Shown in pieces: positions 31,339-39,415 of a stretch of DNA of 64,000 bases. The DNA is taken from contig CAVVCY010000003.1 of NCBI GenBank assembly GCA_963746905.1, positions 484,419-548,418 of the forward strand, given 5' to 3'. Within the stretch, counting starts at the first letter, position 1. Each line of letters starts with the position of its first letter. The notes beneath the pieces were generated by a model, which worked only from the letters and a program-made list of their open reading frames with translations, searched no databases and was not told the DNA's origin. The DNA comes from an uncultured Acidobacteriota bacterium (GTDB taxonomy: Bacteria; Actinomycetota; Acidimicrobiia; Spongiisociales; ZC4RG35). Position numbers and translations under genes: made by a program.

Positions 31339-32872
31339 TCCCCTCGCGGAGCGCTTGCCAGGAGGCCTCGATGATGTTCTGGTGGACTCCAACCGTTCCC
31401 CACGTTGAATCGCCGTCGGTGGTCTCGATCAGGACCCGCACCCGGGCCGCGGTCCCGTCCGATGAGTCGAGGTCGCGGACCTTGTAGTCGGTGAGGCGGA
31501 GACGTTTCACATCGGGGTAGGCGGCCTCCAACGCCTTGCGCAGCGCCTCGTCCATGGCGTTGACCGGGCCGTCGCCTTCGGTCGACACTTCGATCTCGTC
31601 TTCGTCCACCGCTACCACGAGATGGGCCCGGGCCGTCACCCTGCCCTCCTCGTTGGTCTGGATGCTCACCGACATCGACCGCACTTCGTAAAGCTCCTCG
31701 AAGTCCTCGGTAGCCCGCCGCATCAGCATCTCGAAAGAGCCGTCCGCCGCCTCGAACTGATAGCCGGCGTGTTCCAACTCCTTGACCTGATCAACCAACG
31801 CTTGGGCCTTCTCGGCGTCGAGGTCCCACCCCTTCTCTTCGGCAACGGCCAACACCGTCGAGCGCCCCATCAACTCGCTGAAAAGCATCCGGGCGGAGTT
31901 TCCTACTGCCCCCGGGTCGATGTGCTCGTAGGCCCCTTCGAGACGTGCCAAACCCGACGTGTGGAGCCCGGCCTTGTGGGCAAAGGCCGATGCGCCGACG
32001 TAAGGGCGACGGGAATCGATGGGGGCGCCCAGGATCTCGGCTATCTGCTGTGCGATCGGGTAGAGGCGAGCCATCGACTCCCATGGGATGGTCTCCACGC
32101 CCGACTTGAGGCTCAGGTTGGGGATGACCGAGCACAGGTCGGCGTTGCCGGTTCGCTCCCCGTAACCGTTCACGCATCCCTGGACCTGATGCACTCCATG
32201 GGCCAGCGCCGTCATCGAGTTGGCGACCGCACAGTCGGAGTCATTGTGGAAATGCACGCCGAGCGTGGTCTCGATTCGTGTTTTCACCGCGTCGAGAGCG
32301 GGGATGATGTGAGAGGGCAAGGCTCCCCCATTCGTGTCACAGAGCACCACTCGCTCCGCGCCGGCGGAGGCGGCGGTCTCCAACACAGACAGGGCGTAAT
32401 CGGGGTTGGAGCGGAACCCGTCGAAGAAATGTTCGGCATCGAAGAAGACCTGTTTCCCCTGGCCTCGGAGAAACTCGATCGATTCGCCAACCATGGCCAG
32501 GCCTTCCTCCAACGATGCGTTGAGGGCATCCGTGACGTGACGATCCCAGGCCTTGCCGACGATGCACACGTAGTCGGTGTCGGCCGCGAGCAACGCCTGG
32601 AGCTGGGCGTCCCTCGCCACCTGCTCCCGTGGCCGGCGAGTGGACCCGAAAGCGACCAGGATCGACCGCTCCAGCGACAGCTCGCCCTTCGCCCTCTGAA
32701 AGAACTCGTCGTCCTTGGGGTTGGCCCCGGGCCAGCCCCCTTCGATGAAGTGGACTCCGAGCTCGTCGAGCAGGTGGACGACTCGCAACTTTTCCCCGAC
32801 CGTTGGCGACAGGCCTTCGGCCTGGGTGCCATCACGCAGGGTGGTGTCGTAGATCTCGGCTGTCTGGTTCAT
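31304..32872 (-). CDS. cimA: (R)-citramalate synthase / short-form 2-isopropylmalate-synthase family (CimA-like)
   Basis: From the ATG at 32872: MNQTAEIYDTTLRDGTQAEG...; 522 aa (the short LeuA/CimA class); AAGGTG RBS 8 nt upstream. The alternative TTG at 32890 would overlap the attenuator U-tract. Confidence 0.8.
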   Translation of the reverse strand: MNQTAEIYDTTLRDGTQAEGLSPTVGEKLRVVHLLDELGVHFIEGGWPGANPKDDEFFQRAKGELSLERSILVAFGSTRRPREQVARDAQLQALLAADTDYVCIVGKAWDRHVTDALNASLEEGLAMVGESIEFLRGQGKQVFFDAEHFFDGFRSNPDYALSVLETAASAGAERVVLCDTNGGALPSHIIPALDAVKTRIETTLGVHFHNDSDCAVANSMTALAHGVHQVQGCVNGYGERTGNADLCSVIPNLSLKSGVETIPWESMARLYPIAQQIAEILGAPIDSRRPYVGASAFAHKAGLHTSGLARLEGAYEHIDPGAVGNSARMLFSELMGRSTVLAVAEEKGWDLDAEKAQALVDQVKELEHAGYQFEAADGSFEMLMRRATEDFEELYEVRSMSVSIQTNEEGRVTARAHLVVAVDEDEIEVSTEGDGPVNAMDEALRKALEAAYPDVKRLRLTDYKVRDLDSSDGTAARVRVLIETTDGDSTWGTVGVHQNIIEASWQALREGITVGLLRAGGA

Positions 32873-32953
32873 GGATTCACACCTTGCCAAAGAAAAGACC
32901 CCCGCAGTCTGCGGAGGTCGTGAGGGGGCGGCGCCTCAGGTGAGGCGCGAACC
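32873..32953 (-). promoter_or_regulatory. Transcription attenuator: pause/anti-terminator hairpin (about 32925-32942) and intrinsic terminator (about 32890-32918) between the leader peptide and cimA
   Basis: Minus-strand RNA: ...UAG GGUUC GCGCCUCA-CC-UGAGGCGC CGCCCCCUC ACG ACCUCCGCA-GAC-UGCGGGGGU CUUUUCUUUGGCAAGGUGUGAAUCC AUG. The terminator has a 9-bp stem, a 3-nt loop and a U-tract. Confidence 0.6.
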
Positions 32954-32998
32954 CCTAGGGAATGATGATGTGCGCAGTTGCCTGGATTCTTCCTCGCA
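32954..32998 (-). CDS. Leader peptide MRGRIQATAHIIIP (14 aa) of an Ile-responsive attenuator
   Basis: ATG at 32998, three consecutive Ile codons (atc atc att), then Pro and TAG. It lies directly upstream of a hairpin and an intrinsic terminator preceding cimA. Confidence 0.6.
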
Positions 32999-33075
32999 TC
33001 GCAGGGCCAGTATGGGTGGAGCCAACTAAATCGTCAAGACGTGGTGGAGACGGTGGTTAGGGTCGCGCCGTCTCC

Positions 33076-33981
33076 ATGGACCGTTACGCCCCGATCCCCA
33101 CACCGGAGCAGTTAGAGAGCTTGGGCGATGACCTCGGCGCTTCGCTCTCCTATGACTATCGGATACTCGGTGGGCTCGGCGGCACAATGGATGTGCTTCG
33201 GACCGACCTCGACAGGGTCGTGCTCAAGCGGTACTGGCTTCCTGAGCCCGACGAAGGCATCAATCCGGCGGAGTCGGAGTATCGGGCTCTGGCCCTTGCC
33301 GCCGAGCATCGAATTCCGGCCCCCTCACCGCTCTGGATCGACAGGGCCGGGCTGTTCCCGGAACGGGCCGTGGTCATCTCATTCCTCGAAGGCATAGTGA
33401 TACTCGAGCCAGCCGACCCGATGGACTGGGCGACCCAATTGGCAACGGTGCTGACCGAGATCCACGGGATGCGGCCTTCCGCTTCCGACTCCATCTTCCC
33501 CACTCTGGGCCACGACGACGGGCACACCTCGGAGGAAGCGGTGCTCGAGCATCCCCTGGGAGCGGAGCTTTGGAAGCGGCGGTCCGAGGCTGTCGCCACC
33601 CTGGTGCCAGACGAGATGGTGTACGTCCACCACGATTTCTGGCCGGGTAACACGCTGTGGGTGGATGAGCGCCTGGTAGCGGTCGTCGACTGGGAAGGCG
33701 GCTCCATTGCCGATCCCGCGCTCGACGTCGCCAACTGCGCGCTCGACATCAGGCTGCTGGGCAACGATGAAGTGGCGGATCACTTCGTCGCCGAGTACCG
33801 AAGGATCTCCGGGCGACCCCTGACGAATTTCGGTTATTGGGAGATCAATGCCGTCTGTCGGCCGATGCCAGATGTCGCCATGTGGTTGCCCGGGTGGCAG
33901 GCCGTGGGACTCGACGTCTCACCGGACGAAGTCCGCCGCCGTCACTGGGAGCTGATCGAGATCGTGATCAATCGCAACTGA
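33076..33981 (+). CDS. Aminoglycoside-phosphotransferase-fold (APH/choline-kinase family) protein kinase-like phosphotransferase
   Basis: Brenner motif HHDFWPGNTLW and DWEGG metal-binding motif; 301 aa. Confidence 0.75.
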   Translation: MDRYAPIPTPEQLESLGDDLGASLSYDYRILGGLGGTMDVLRTDLDRVVLKRYWLPEPDEGINPAESEYRALALAAEHRIPAPSPLWIDRAGLFPERAVVISFLEGIVILEPADPMDWATQLATVLTEIHGMRPSASDSIFPTLGHDDGHTSEEAVLEHPLGAELWKRRSEAVATLVPDEMVYVHHDFWPGNTLWVDERLVAVVDWEGGSIADPALDVANCALDIRLLGNDEVADHFVAEYRRISGRPLTNFGYWEINAVCRPMPDVAMWLPGWQAVGLDVSPDEVRRRHWELIEIVINRN

Positions 33982-33993
33982 GGTTGCTCTTCC

Positions 33994-35262
33994 TCAGGTG
34001 CTGGCGGCCCGCCACAGGTTGCCAGCGACCGAGTCGACGTCGTGGTCGGCGTTCGCCAGCACCACGACGACGACGCCTGGATTCTGAAAGCACAGCGCCA
34101 CGGTCCTGTATCCCTCATCCACGATGCCCACGAGGCCCAAAGCCCCGGACTCGTAGCCGTATTCCGACCGCCTGTCCCAGATACCGAGCCCGTATTCGGG
34201 CCGTTCCTCGAAGTCGGTCATCTCGTCCACCGACTCAGGCGAGACGACCTGACCGGCGCACAATGCCCTCCACCATCGGGCGAGGCTCGGTGAGTCCGAC
34301 GCCATGTTGGCCTCGGCGGTCTCGGCGGTCACGCGGGCGAGCGACGGGAGAGATCCGCCGTTCTCCCCGAATGTGTCGGCCGACGCACCGAGCGGCATCG
34401 CCATCGGATCGGTTGGCCGCTCGTCCGGCTGATAGATCAGACGCTCATACCCGTCGCCGTCGAGGACCTCGCTGCGCAGCACCTCGGCAACCGACCGACC
34501 GGTGACCTGTTCGACGATCAAGCCGAGCAGCACGGCGTTGGTTCCCACGAACTCCCAGTTCTGACCGACCGGGGTGCGTTCAGGTCCGACCGTCGCAATC
34601 ACCTCTTCAGGCGTCCAGGCGTGCAGCGGGTCGGTAGTGAGGCTCTCCCACTGCACGGGATCGGGAAACGTATCTGGGAACCCGCTGCGGTGACTGAGGA
34701 GATCAGCAATGCTCGCGCCGTTGGTGTCGAACTCCAGGTCGGGCGGAAGGCGATCGGCGGCGAGATCGTCGAGACCGAGCCCGCCTGCTTCGACCAGCTG
34801 CATCACCTGGGCCGACACCACTGTCTGCGTGATATGAGCGATGGACATCTGATCTGTTGGGACCATCGCGCGATCCCCGGCAGCGAAGCCGGTTGCACCA
34901 CTCCAGGTCCCTTGCGGTGTGATCAGCGTCGCCGTGAGCCCATCACCTTTAGCCGACCCGTCCAGTACCTCTTGAAGCTCGGCCGCCAACTCATCAGAGA
35001 CGGGCTCGTCACCAAGGCCAGCGAACAGGGCAGTCGGGAACCCGTCCGACTCGGCGGACACCACGCTGGTCGAAGCACTGCTCGCGAATGTGGTCGTCGG
35101 CGCCTGCGTCGTCGTGGGCGCCTGCGGCATCGTCGGCGTCGTCGAATCTGGCGACGCCTGATCCGCTGTACACGAGGCGAGCACCACCAGAGTGGCGAGC
35201 CACGTGACAGGAGATCGACGCCTCGAGGCACCGAACGTACGACGGATCGAAATCGCGCTCAC
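33994..35262 (-). CDS. Beta-lactamase-fold serine hydrolase lipoprotein (class C/DD-peptidase-like) with an atypical S-I-A-H in place of S-x-x-K
   Basis: Probable GTG start at 35262, giving signal ...RRRSPVTWLATLVVLASC|TAD. The region MSIAHITQTVVSAQVMQLVEAGGLGLDD aligns to the SxxK-helix of AmpC-like enzymes, but Lys is replaced by His. Confidence 0.7.
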   Translation of the reverse strand: MSAISIRRTFGASRRRSPVTWLATLVVLASCTADQASPDSTTPTMPQAPTTTQAPTTTFASSASTSVVSAESDGFPTALFAGLGDEPVSDELAAELQEVLDGSAKGDGLTATLITPQGTWSGATGFAAGDRAMVPTDQMSIAHITQTVVSAQVMQLVEAGGLGLDDLAADRLPPDLEFDTNGASIADLLSHRSGFPDTFPDPVQWESLTTDPLHAWTPEEVIATVGPERTPVGQNWEFVGTNAVLLGLIVEQVTGRSVAEVLRSEVLDGDGYERLIYQPDERPTDPMAMPLGASADTFGENGGSLPSLARVTAETAEANMASDSPSLARWWRALCAGQVVSPESVDEMTDFEERPEYGLGIWDRRSEYGYESGALGLVGIVDEGYRTVALCFQNPGVVVVVLANADHDVDSVAGNLWRAAST

Positions 35263-35291
35263 CGAGTCTCGCCAACTGGGCAACTTCGAAC

Positions 35292-36233
35292 TCACGGGGT
35301 GAGCACCAGAGAGTCGATCACGTCTCTCAGCGGGGCAAGCCGCTCGTCGTCCGGGGTGATGCTCGGCGACAAGGTGAGCCACAACGCCTCGACCATCACT
35401 ACGGAGCCGTCCATGTCGAAACTCCAGACTTCCATTACATCACCCGGGTAGATCCAGATATGCGGGGTTCCTTCACCTCCGAACAGGCACCCTTCAGGCA
35501 CCTCGACGACTACGTGGTACCCGTCGCGGCCGAAGGCACTGACCGGCGCTGGCGCTTCAAGGACGGTGAATCCGCTGGCGGCGAACCCGTCGGCTAGATC
35601 AGCCGCAGTCGACCCGGCGGCCAACGGATTGCCTGCGATCGAGCCACTCTGGCCACACACCGGTGTAAACGGCTCGACAAATGGCTTCAGGTGCAGCGTG
35701 TGGGGAAAGGCCCCGATCTCGCTGTTGAAATTGACACCTTCTTTCGAGCCGATCCACCCTTGGTTCTCGATGACGAAGGTGGCGCCTGCCGTTGTGGTGG
35801 GGTCGCCGTCGGCGTCGACGAAGTAGGCACCGGGTTCGATTGACTCGAACTCCTCCTGCGTGAGCCGGGTCGGGTCGAGGGTGGGTGTTAGAACCGTGCT
35901 CGGGGTGGTGGCAGTTGTTGGGACCGTTGTCGGGGTGGGGACGGTGGATTGATCAACCACCTCGCCATCTCCGCTGAACGCCAGATACAACCCACCCACC
36001 GCCAGGACGATGGCGAACGTCGCCAGCGCCCATGCGAGCCCTCGCCCCGGACCAGGGTTCTGGGTCTTCGCTGGCAAATCTGTCTTGGTCATGAGAACTC
36101 CCTCTCGTTGTTTGTCAACAACGACCAGGGGATCGCCGGCCAGTTCGGCCTCGATACGCTCGATCAACTCCTCCGCGCCGACAGGGATACCCCTCACACT
36201 CAGCTGTTGGAGCTTGCTCGTGAAGTCAGCCAC
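35292..36233 (-). CDS. Membrane-anchored putative anti-sigma factor (cytoplasmic N-domain, 1 TM, Thr/Pro-rich linker, extracytoplasmic domain)
   Basis: GTG start overlaps the stop of the upstream ECF sigma gene by 8 nt. TM LAWALATFAIVLAVGGLYLAF. No ZAS motif. Confidence 0.55.
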   Translation of the reverse strand: MADFTSKLQQLSVRGIPVGAEELIERIEAELAGDPLVVVDKQREGVLMTKTDLPAKTQNPGPGRGLAWALATFAIVLAVGGLYLAFSGDGEVVDQSTVPTPTTVPTTATTPSTVLTPTLDPTRLTQEEFESIEPGAYFVDADGDPTTTAGATFVIENQGWIGSKEGVNFNSEIGAFPHTLHLKPFVEPFTPVCGQSGSIAGNPLAAGSTAADLADGFAASGFTVLEAPAPVSAFGRDGYHVVVEVPEGCLFGGEGTPHIWIYPGDVMEVWSFDMDGSVVMVEALWLTLSPSITPDDERLAPLRDVIDSLVLTP

Positions 36234-36801
36234 CGGCCACCTCCATAGCGAGCCGGGCCTTTTCCCTGGCTCTGCTCGCCATCGCTCTCGCCGCCATCGT
36301 GGTCATGCCCAACTGATCCGCCGCCTCCGCATAGGGCACACCCTCCACCTCGACGAGATAGAGGATGGCCCTGTGCTTTGGAGGAAGATCGAGGATCGCC
36401 TCGATATCGGCCGGATAGCTGGGCGACCAGCTCTCCTCGACGGAAAGCCGAGCTACGGCCTTCCGCCGGCGACCGAGGCTGCGCCGCTGATTCGAAGCCA
36501 GGTTCACGATCGTCGCTCGGAGGTATGCCAGCGGATCATCGAGGTCCGAGATGGTCCCTTTCCTCAAGATTCTCACCAATGCCTCCTGAACCAGATCGTC
36601 TGGCTCGATGTCAACGGAGCCCGCCACCGCCGCGATCCTTCGCAAGGCCGGATAGAGAGCTGTGATCAACTCCCTCTCCCGTTCCTCGATCGAAGATCGC
36701 TTTGGCAATCGAAGGTTCTCCCTGTCGTCACGTATGAAGACACCGCTCGGGCGCGATGTGTGACACGACTTCTCGAACAGTTTTCCATCCGCCGCCTGCA
36801 T
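36226..36801 (-). CDS. ECF-subfamily RNA polymerase sigma-70 factor
   Basis: Region 2 (ELITALYPALRRIAAVAGSVDIEPDDLVQEALVRIL) and region 4 (AILYLVEVEGVPYAEAADQLGMTTMAARAMASRAREK). Start is uncertain: Met at 36801 or a downstream GTG. Confidence 0.8.
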   Translation of the reverse strand: MQAADGKLFEKSCHTSRPSGVFIRDDRENLRLPKRSSIEERERELITALYPALRRIAAVAGSVDIEPDDLVQEALVRILRKGTISDLDDPLAYLRATIVNLASNQRRSLGRRRKAVARLSVEESWSPSYPADIEAILDLPPKHRAILYLVEVEGVPYAEAADQLGMTTMAARAMASRAREKARLAMEVAGG

Positions 36802-36870
36802 CGGCGGGCCCAAACGCGAAAAAGGAGGGGTTCTCACGGCCCCTCCCTTTGTCTATCTCGAATCAGCTGC

Positions 36871-37480
36871 TCAGCTCGGGAAGGCTTCCTCGAAGGCTGC
36901 CTGCAGCTCCGGAGTGCTCTCACCGCTGAAACCGCAGTAGTTCACGTTGCCGTCGAAGGCGGTGATCAGGTACTGAGTGCCCACCGAGAACGGGAACCCG
37001 CCAATCAACGCCTCCATGCCGGATGGCGCATGGAGGACCACCTGAGCGGCGTCGCCGCCCTTGTACCAGTGGTCCACATCCAGGGTGATGGTCTCCCCCT
37101 CGACCGAGGTGACCGTTCCCTCGAAGGCAACGGGCGCCTTGGCCAGTTCCTCGACGCTGAACATGATGCACATCGCCATCGGGTCCTCACCGCCGGCGTT
37201 CAGCTCGAGCGGCGGGCCCGAGGCGACCGGGTCGCTCCCACCGTCACGAGTTAGCAGGCCTACCGCGCCGATCGCCACGATGACGACAGCTGCTGCCGCC
37301 ACGGCGACCAGCCACGGTCTCTTGTTCTGGGCTGCCCGGGGATTCGGACTGCTCGGCATTTGGGGTGGTCATGATGTCCTCCAGAAGGTGTTGGGACGAT
37401 TCGGTCGTCACTGGCTCCGTCGGCACATCGGAAGTCATCGGGTCGAGCCGGCTGAGGCGATTGCGCAATTCGTCGGTCAC
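36871..37480 (-). pseudogene. Anti-sigma factor cognate to the upstream ECF sigma, split by a 1-nt indel in CCCGGGG (37335-37341); possibly a sequencing artifact
   Basis: GTG at 37480 overlaps the sigma stop (GTGA), giving MTDELRNRLSRLDPMTSDVPTEPVTTESSQHLLEDIMTTPNAEQSES... The frame then switches to ...RAAQNKRPWLVAVAAAAVVIVAIGAVGLL (TM) and an extracytoplasmic domain (ORF 36871..37359). Removing one C or G restores a single about-200-aa protein. Confidence 0.5.
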
Positions 37481-38016
37481 GGTCGATGCTCCTCGGTGTG
37501 TCGGTCCCGTTTCTGTCCAGAGTGAGAGGAATCCTGTCGGGCAAGTTTCTCTTCCAATTTGGCCTTGACTCTGGTGAGACGCAGGCTGACTGCGTTGGGT
37601 GTGGTTGCCAGCACCACAGCGATGTCCCGGGGCTCCAACTGCTCCCATGCCCAAAGGCGAAGCAACTCCTGATCGACCTCCGCCAGCTCGGCGAGCGCGG
37701 CCTCGAGCGTGGGATCATCGGGCTCGTGGCCTGGCGAAATCGCAGCCTCGTTTTTCATCCTGTCCACCAGACGCAGGTGACGCTCGGCCCCACGTCGTTG
37801 ATTGGCCAATGTTCGCCGGGCCACCCCGTAACACCAGGGCAGCGGCATGTCGGAGGGGACGTCGTCGAGGCGCCGCCACACGGTCAGCAGAACCTCGCTG
37901 AGAGCATCGGCCGCGTCCTCGGGCGTAGCGCGGCGTCGCAGATAGCGCTGGAGGGGCTCGTACACCTGGGCGGCGATGAGCTCGAAGCGTTGACGCCGCC
38001 CGATGTCGGAGTTCAC
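37477..38016 (-). CDS. ECF-subfamily RNA polymerase sigma-70 factor (SigE-like)
   Basis: 179 aa; region 2 (FELIAAQVYEPLQRYLRRRATPEDAADALSEVLLTVWRRL), region 4 (LWAWEQLEPRDIAVVLATTPNAVSLRLTRVKAKL). Confidence 0.85.
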   Translation of the reverse strand: MNSDIGRRQRFELIAAQVYEPLQRYLRRRATPEDAADALSEVLLTVWRRLDDVPSDMPLPWCYGVARRTLANQRRGAERHLRLVDRMKNEAAISPGHEPDDPTLEAALAELAEVDQELLRLWAWEQLEPRDIAVVLATTPNAVSLRLTRVKAKLEEKLARQDSSHSGQKRDRHTEEHRP

Positions 38017-38123
38017 TGAAGGTTTCTGTCCGGCATAGACCTGATTCTGTCAGCCCCTCGAGTCGAAGCGGCTCACCGGATGTAGCCTCGGCGGTTCGAG
38101 GTGTCGAAGGTCTGGAGATCGCC

Positions 38124-38279
38124 ATGGAAACCGAACAGGAAAAGGCCGCCCGCGACGAGCGAGAGCGCAAGGAGGAGGGCGCGGAATATGAGAAGGCTCG
38201 CAAAGAGGAGAACGAGCGCGATGAGCGGGCCCGCAAGGAGGAGAGCGAGCGTTACGAGAAAGAGCGCAAGGGAAGTTGA
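38124..38279 (+). CDS. Candidate small ORF encoding a 51-aa highly charged K/E/R-repeat peptide
   Basis: METEQEKAARDERERKEEGAEYEKARKEENERDERARKEESERYEKERKGS*. GGAG about 8 nt upstream; third codon positions mostly G/C; three about-12-aa quasi-repeats. The track shows only spurious frames of this region. Confidence 0.35.
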   Translation: METEQEKAARDERERKEEGAEYEKARKEENERDERARKEESERYEKERKGS

Positions 38280-38286
38280 GAGCCGC

Positions 38287-39153
38287 TCAGCCGCAGACCA
38301 GGCCGCTGGTGGCGATGGTGGCCTCCAACACCTCGAGGCCTGACTCTCGGAAGGCACCGGCAACCCTCACCGCCTGATCGACGGAACATAGGGCCAAAAC
38401 CGACGGCCCCGCTCCGGAGCGTGCCGCGTGCAGGGCTCCAGCCCGTTTGGCGATCTCGATCAAGCCATTCACCTCCGGCGACAACTCCGCCCTTGGCGCC
38501 TCGTGTATCTCGTCGCCATGAGCCGCGGCGAGAGTCTCCGGGTCTCCGGTGATCAGCCCCGCTGTCAGCGCGGCCACCCGGGCCAGGCTCCGCCGCACCA
38601 CATCGTGGTCATGGACCGAGTCGATGACGCGGCGGGCGTCGTCAGTTGGAAGATTCCCCTCAGGGATCGCCACCACCACCCTGAGCGTGGGGTGAATCGG
38701 GAGTCGGATCGGCATCCCCTCGGCCGGCACCAGGACCAGGCCGCCGTAGACCGCGGCGGCGACATTGTCGGGATGGCCTTCCAACTCGGCAGCGATCCGG
38801 AAGACTTTGTCCGGGTTGGCTTCGTCACCGAGGGCTCGCATAGCAGCAGCAGCACCGGCAACGAAGGCGGCCGCCGACGAGCCCAGCCCCTTTCCCATTG
38901 GGATGCTGGCATCGACTTCCAGAGCGAGCGGCTGCTCGTCGCCCACCACCATCCTCGCCGCATCCAGGACCCCGTCGCCCTCCTCCTGTGAGGGCCGAAA
39001 ACGGCCGACGTGTTTCACGCTCCAACTCTCTGCGGGTCGGGCCGTCACCTGACATCTCATTTCCAATGCGAGGCCGAGACAGTCGAAAGCCGGTCCCAGG
39101 TTGGCCGAGGTGGCCGGCGCGGAGGCAAAAGCGGCCATCTGATCCTGAGTCAC
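38287..39153 (-). CDS. thrB: Homoserine kinase
   Basis: GHMP-kinase motif PMGKGLGSSAA, N-terminal ...NLGPAFDCLGLAL, 288 aa. Confidence 0.9.
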   Translation of the reverse strand: MTQDQMAAFASAPATSANLGPAFDCLGLALEMRCQVTARPAESWSVKHVGRFRPSQEEGDGVLDAARMVVGDEQPLALEVDASIPMGKGLGSSAAAFVAGAAAAMRALGDEANPDKVFRIAAELEGHPDNVAAAVYGGLVLVPAEGMPIRLPIHPTLRVVVAIPEGNLPTDDARRVIDSVHDHDVVRRSLARVAALTAGLITGDPETLAAAHGDEIHEAPRAELSPEVNGLIEIAKRAGALHAARSGAGPSVLALCSVDQAVRVAGAFRESGLEVLEATIATSGLVCG

Positions 39154-39187
39154 GGGGGGAGATTAAGCGGCGTTACCGTCACCCGAA

Positions 39188-39406
39188 GTGGCCGACCTCT
39201 TCGACGTCCAAAACCTGCTCCCGGAATTGGTCCTCGGTCTCGGCCTGGCTCTGCTCGTTGGCAACGGCCTTGCCTGGTGGAAACAGCGACACGGGGAAAC
39301 CCCAAAGGGAGTGGTCGACGCCCAATATCGCCCCGGACGAGTGAGATTCCTGGTGGTGGTGGGGCTGCTGATGACAACCTGGGGAGCGGTGACCCTCCTC
39401 ACCTAG
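39188..39406 (+). CDS. Possible small two-TM membrane protein (72 aa, GTG start) immediately upstream of the CDF transporter
   Basis: Two hydrophobic helices (LLPELVLGLGLALLVGNGLAWW; FLVVVGLLMTTWGAVTLL); GC3-rich. It ends 10 nt before the CDF start. No strong RBS. Confidence 0.3.
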   Translation: MADLFDVQNLLPELVLGLGLALLVGNGLAWWKQRHGETPKGVVDAQYRPGRVRFLVVVGLLMTTWGAVTLLT

Positions 39407-39415
39407 GATCGGGCC

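Noticed and set aside
33076-33981. Aminoglycoside resistance gene call for the APH-fold protein
   Set aside because: The APH/choline-kinase fold is shared by many metabolic kinases. The context is metabolic (next to the cimA leader) and no resistance-type neighbours are present, so only a family-level call is justified.
38017-38123. ECF autoregulatory promoter (GGAAC-N16-18-CGTT) upstream of the SigE-like gene
   Set aside because: Only a weak cgaacc ... ggtgag resemblance was seen. It is not convincing without a motif model.
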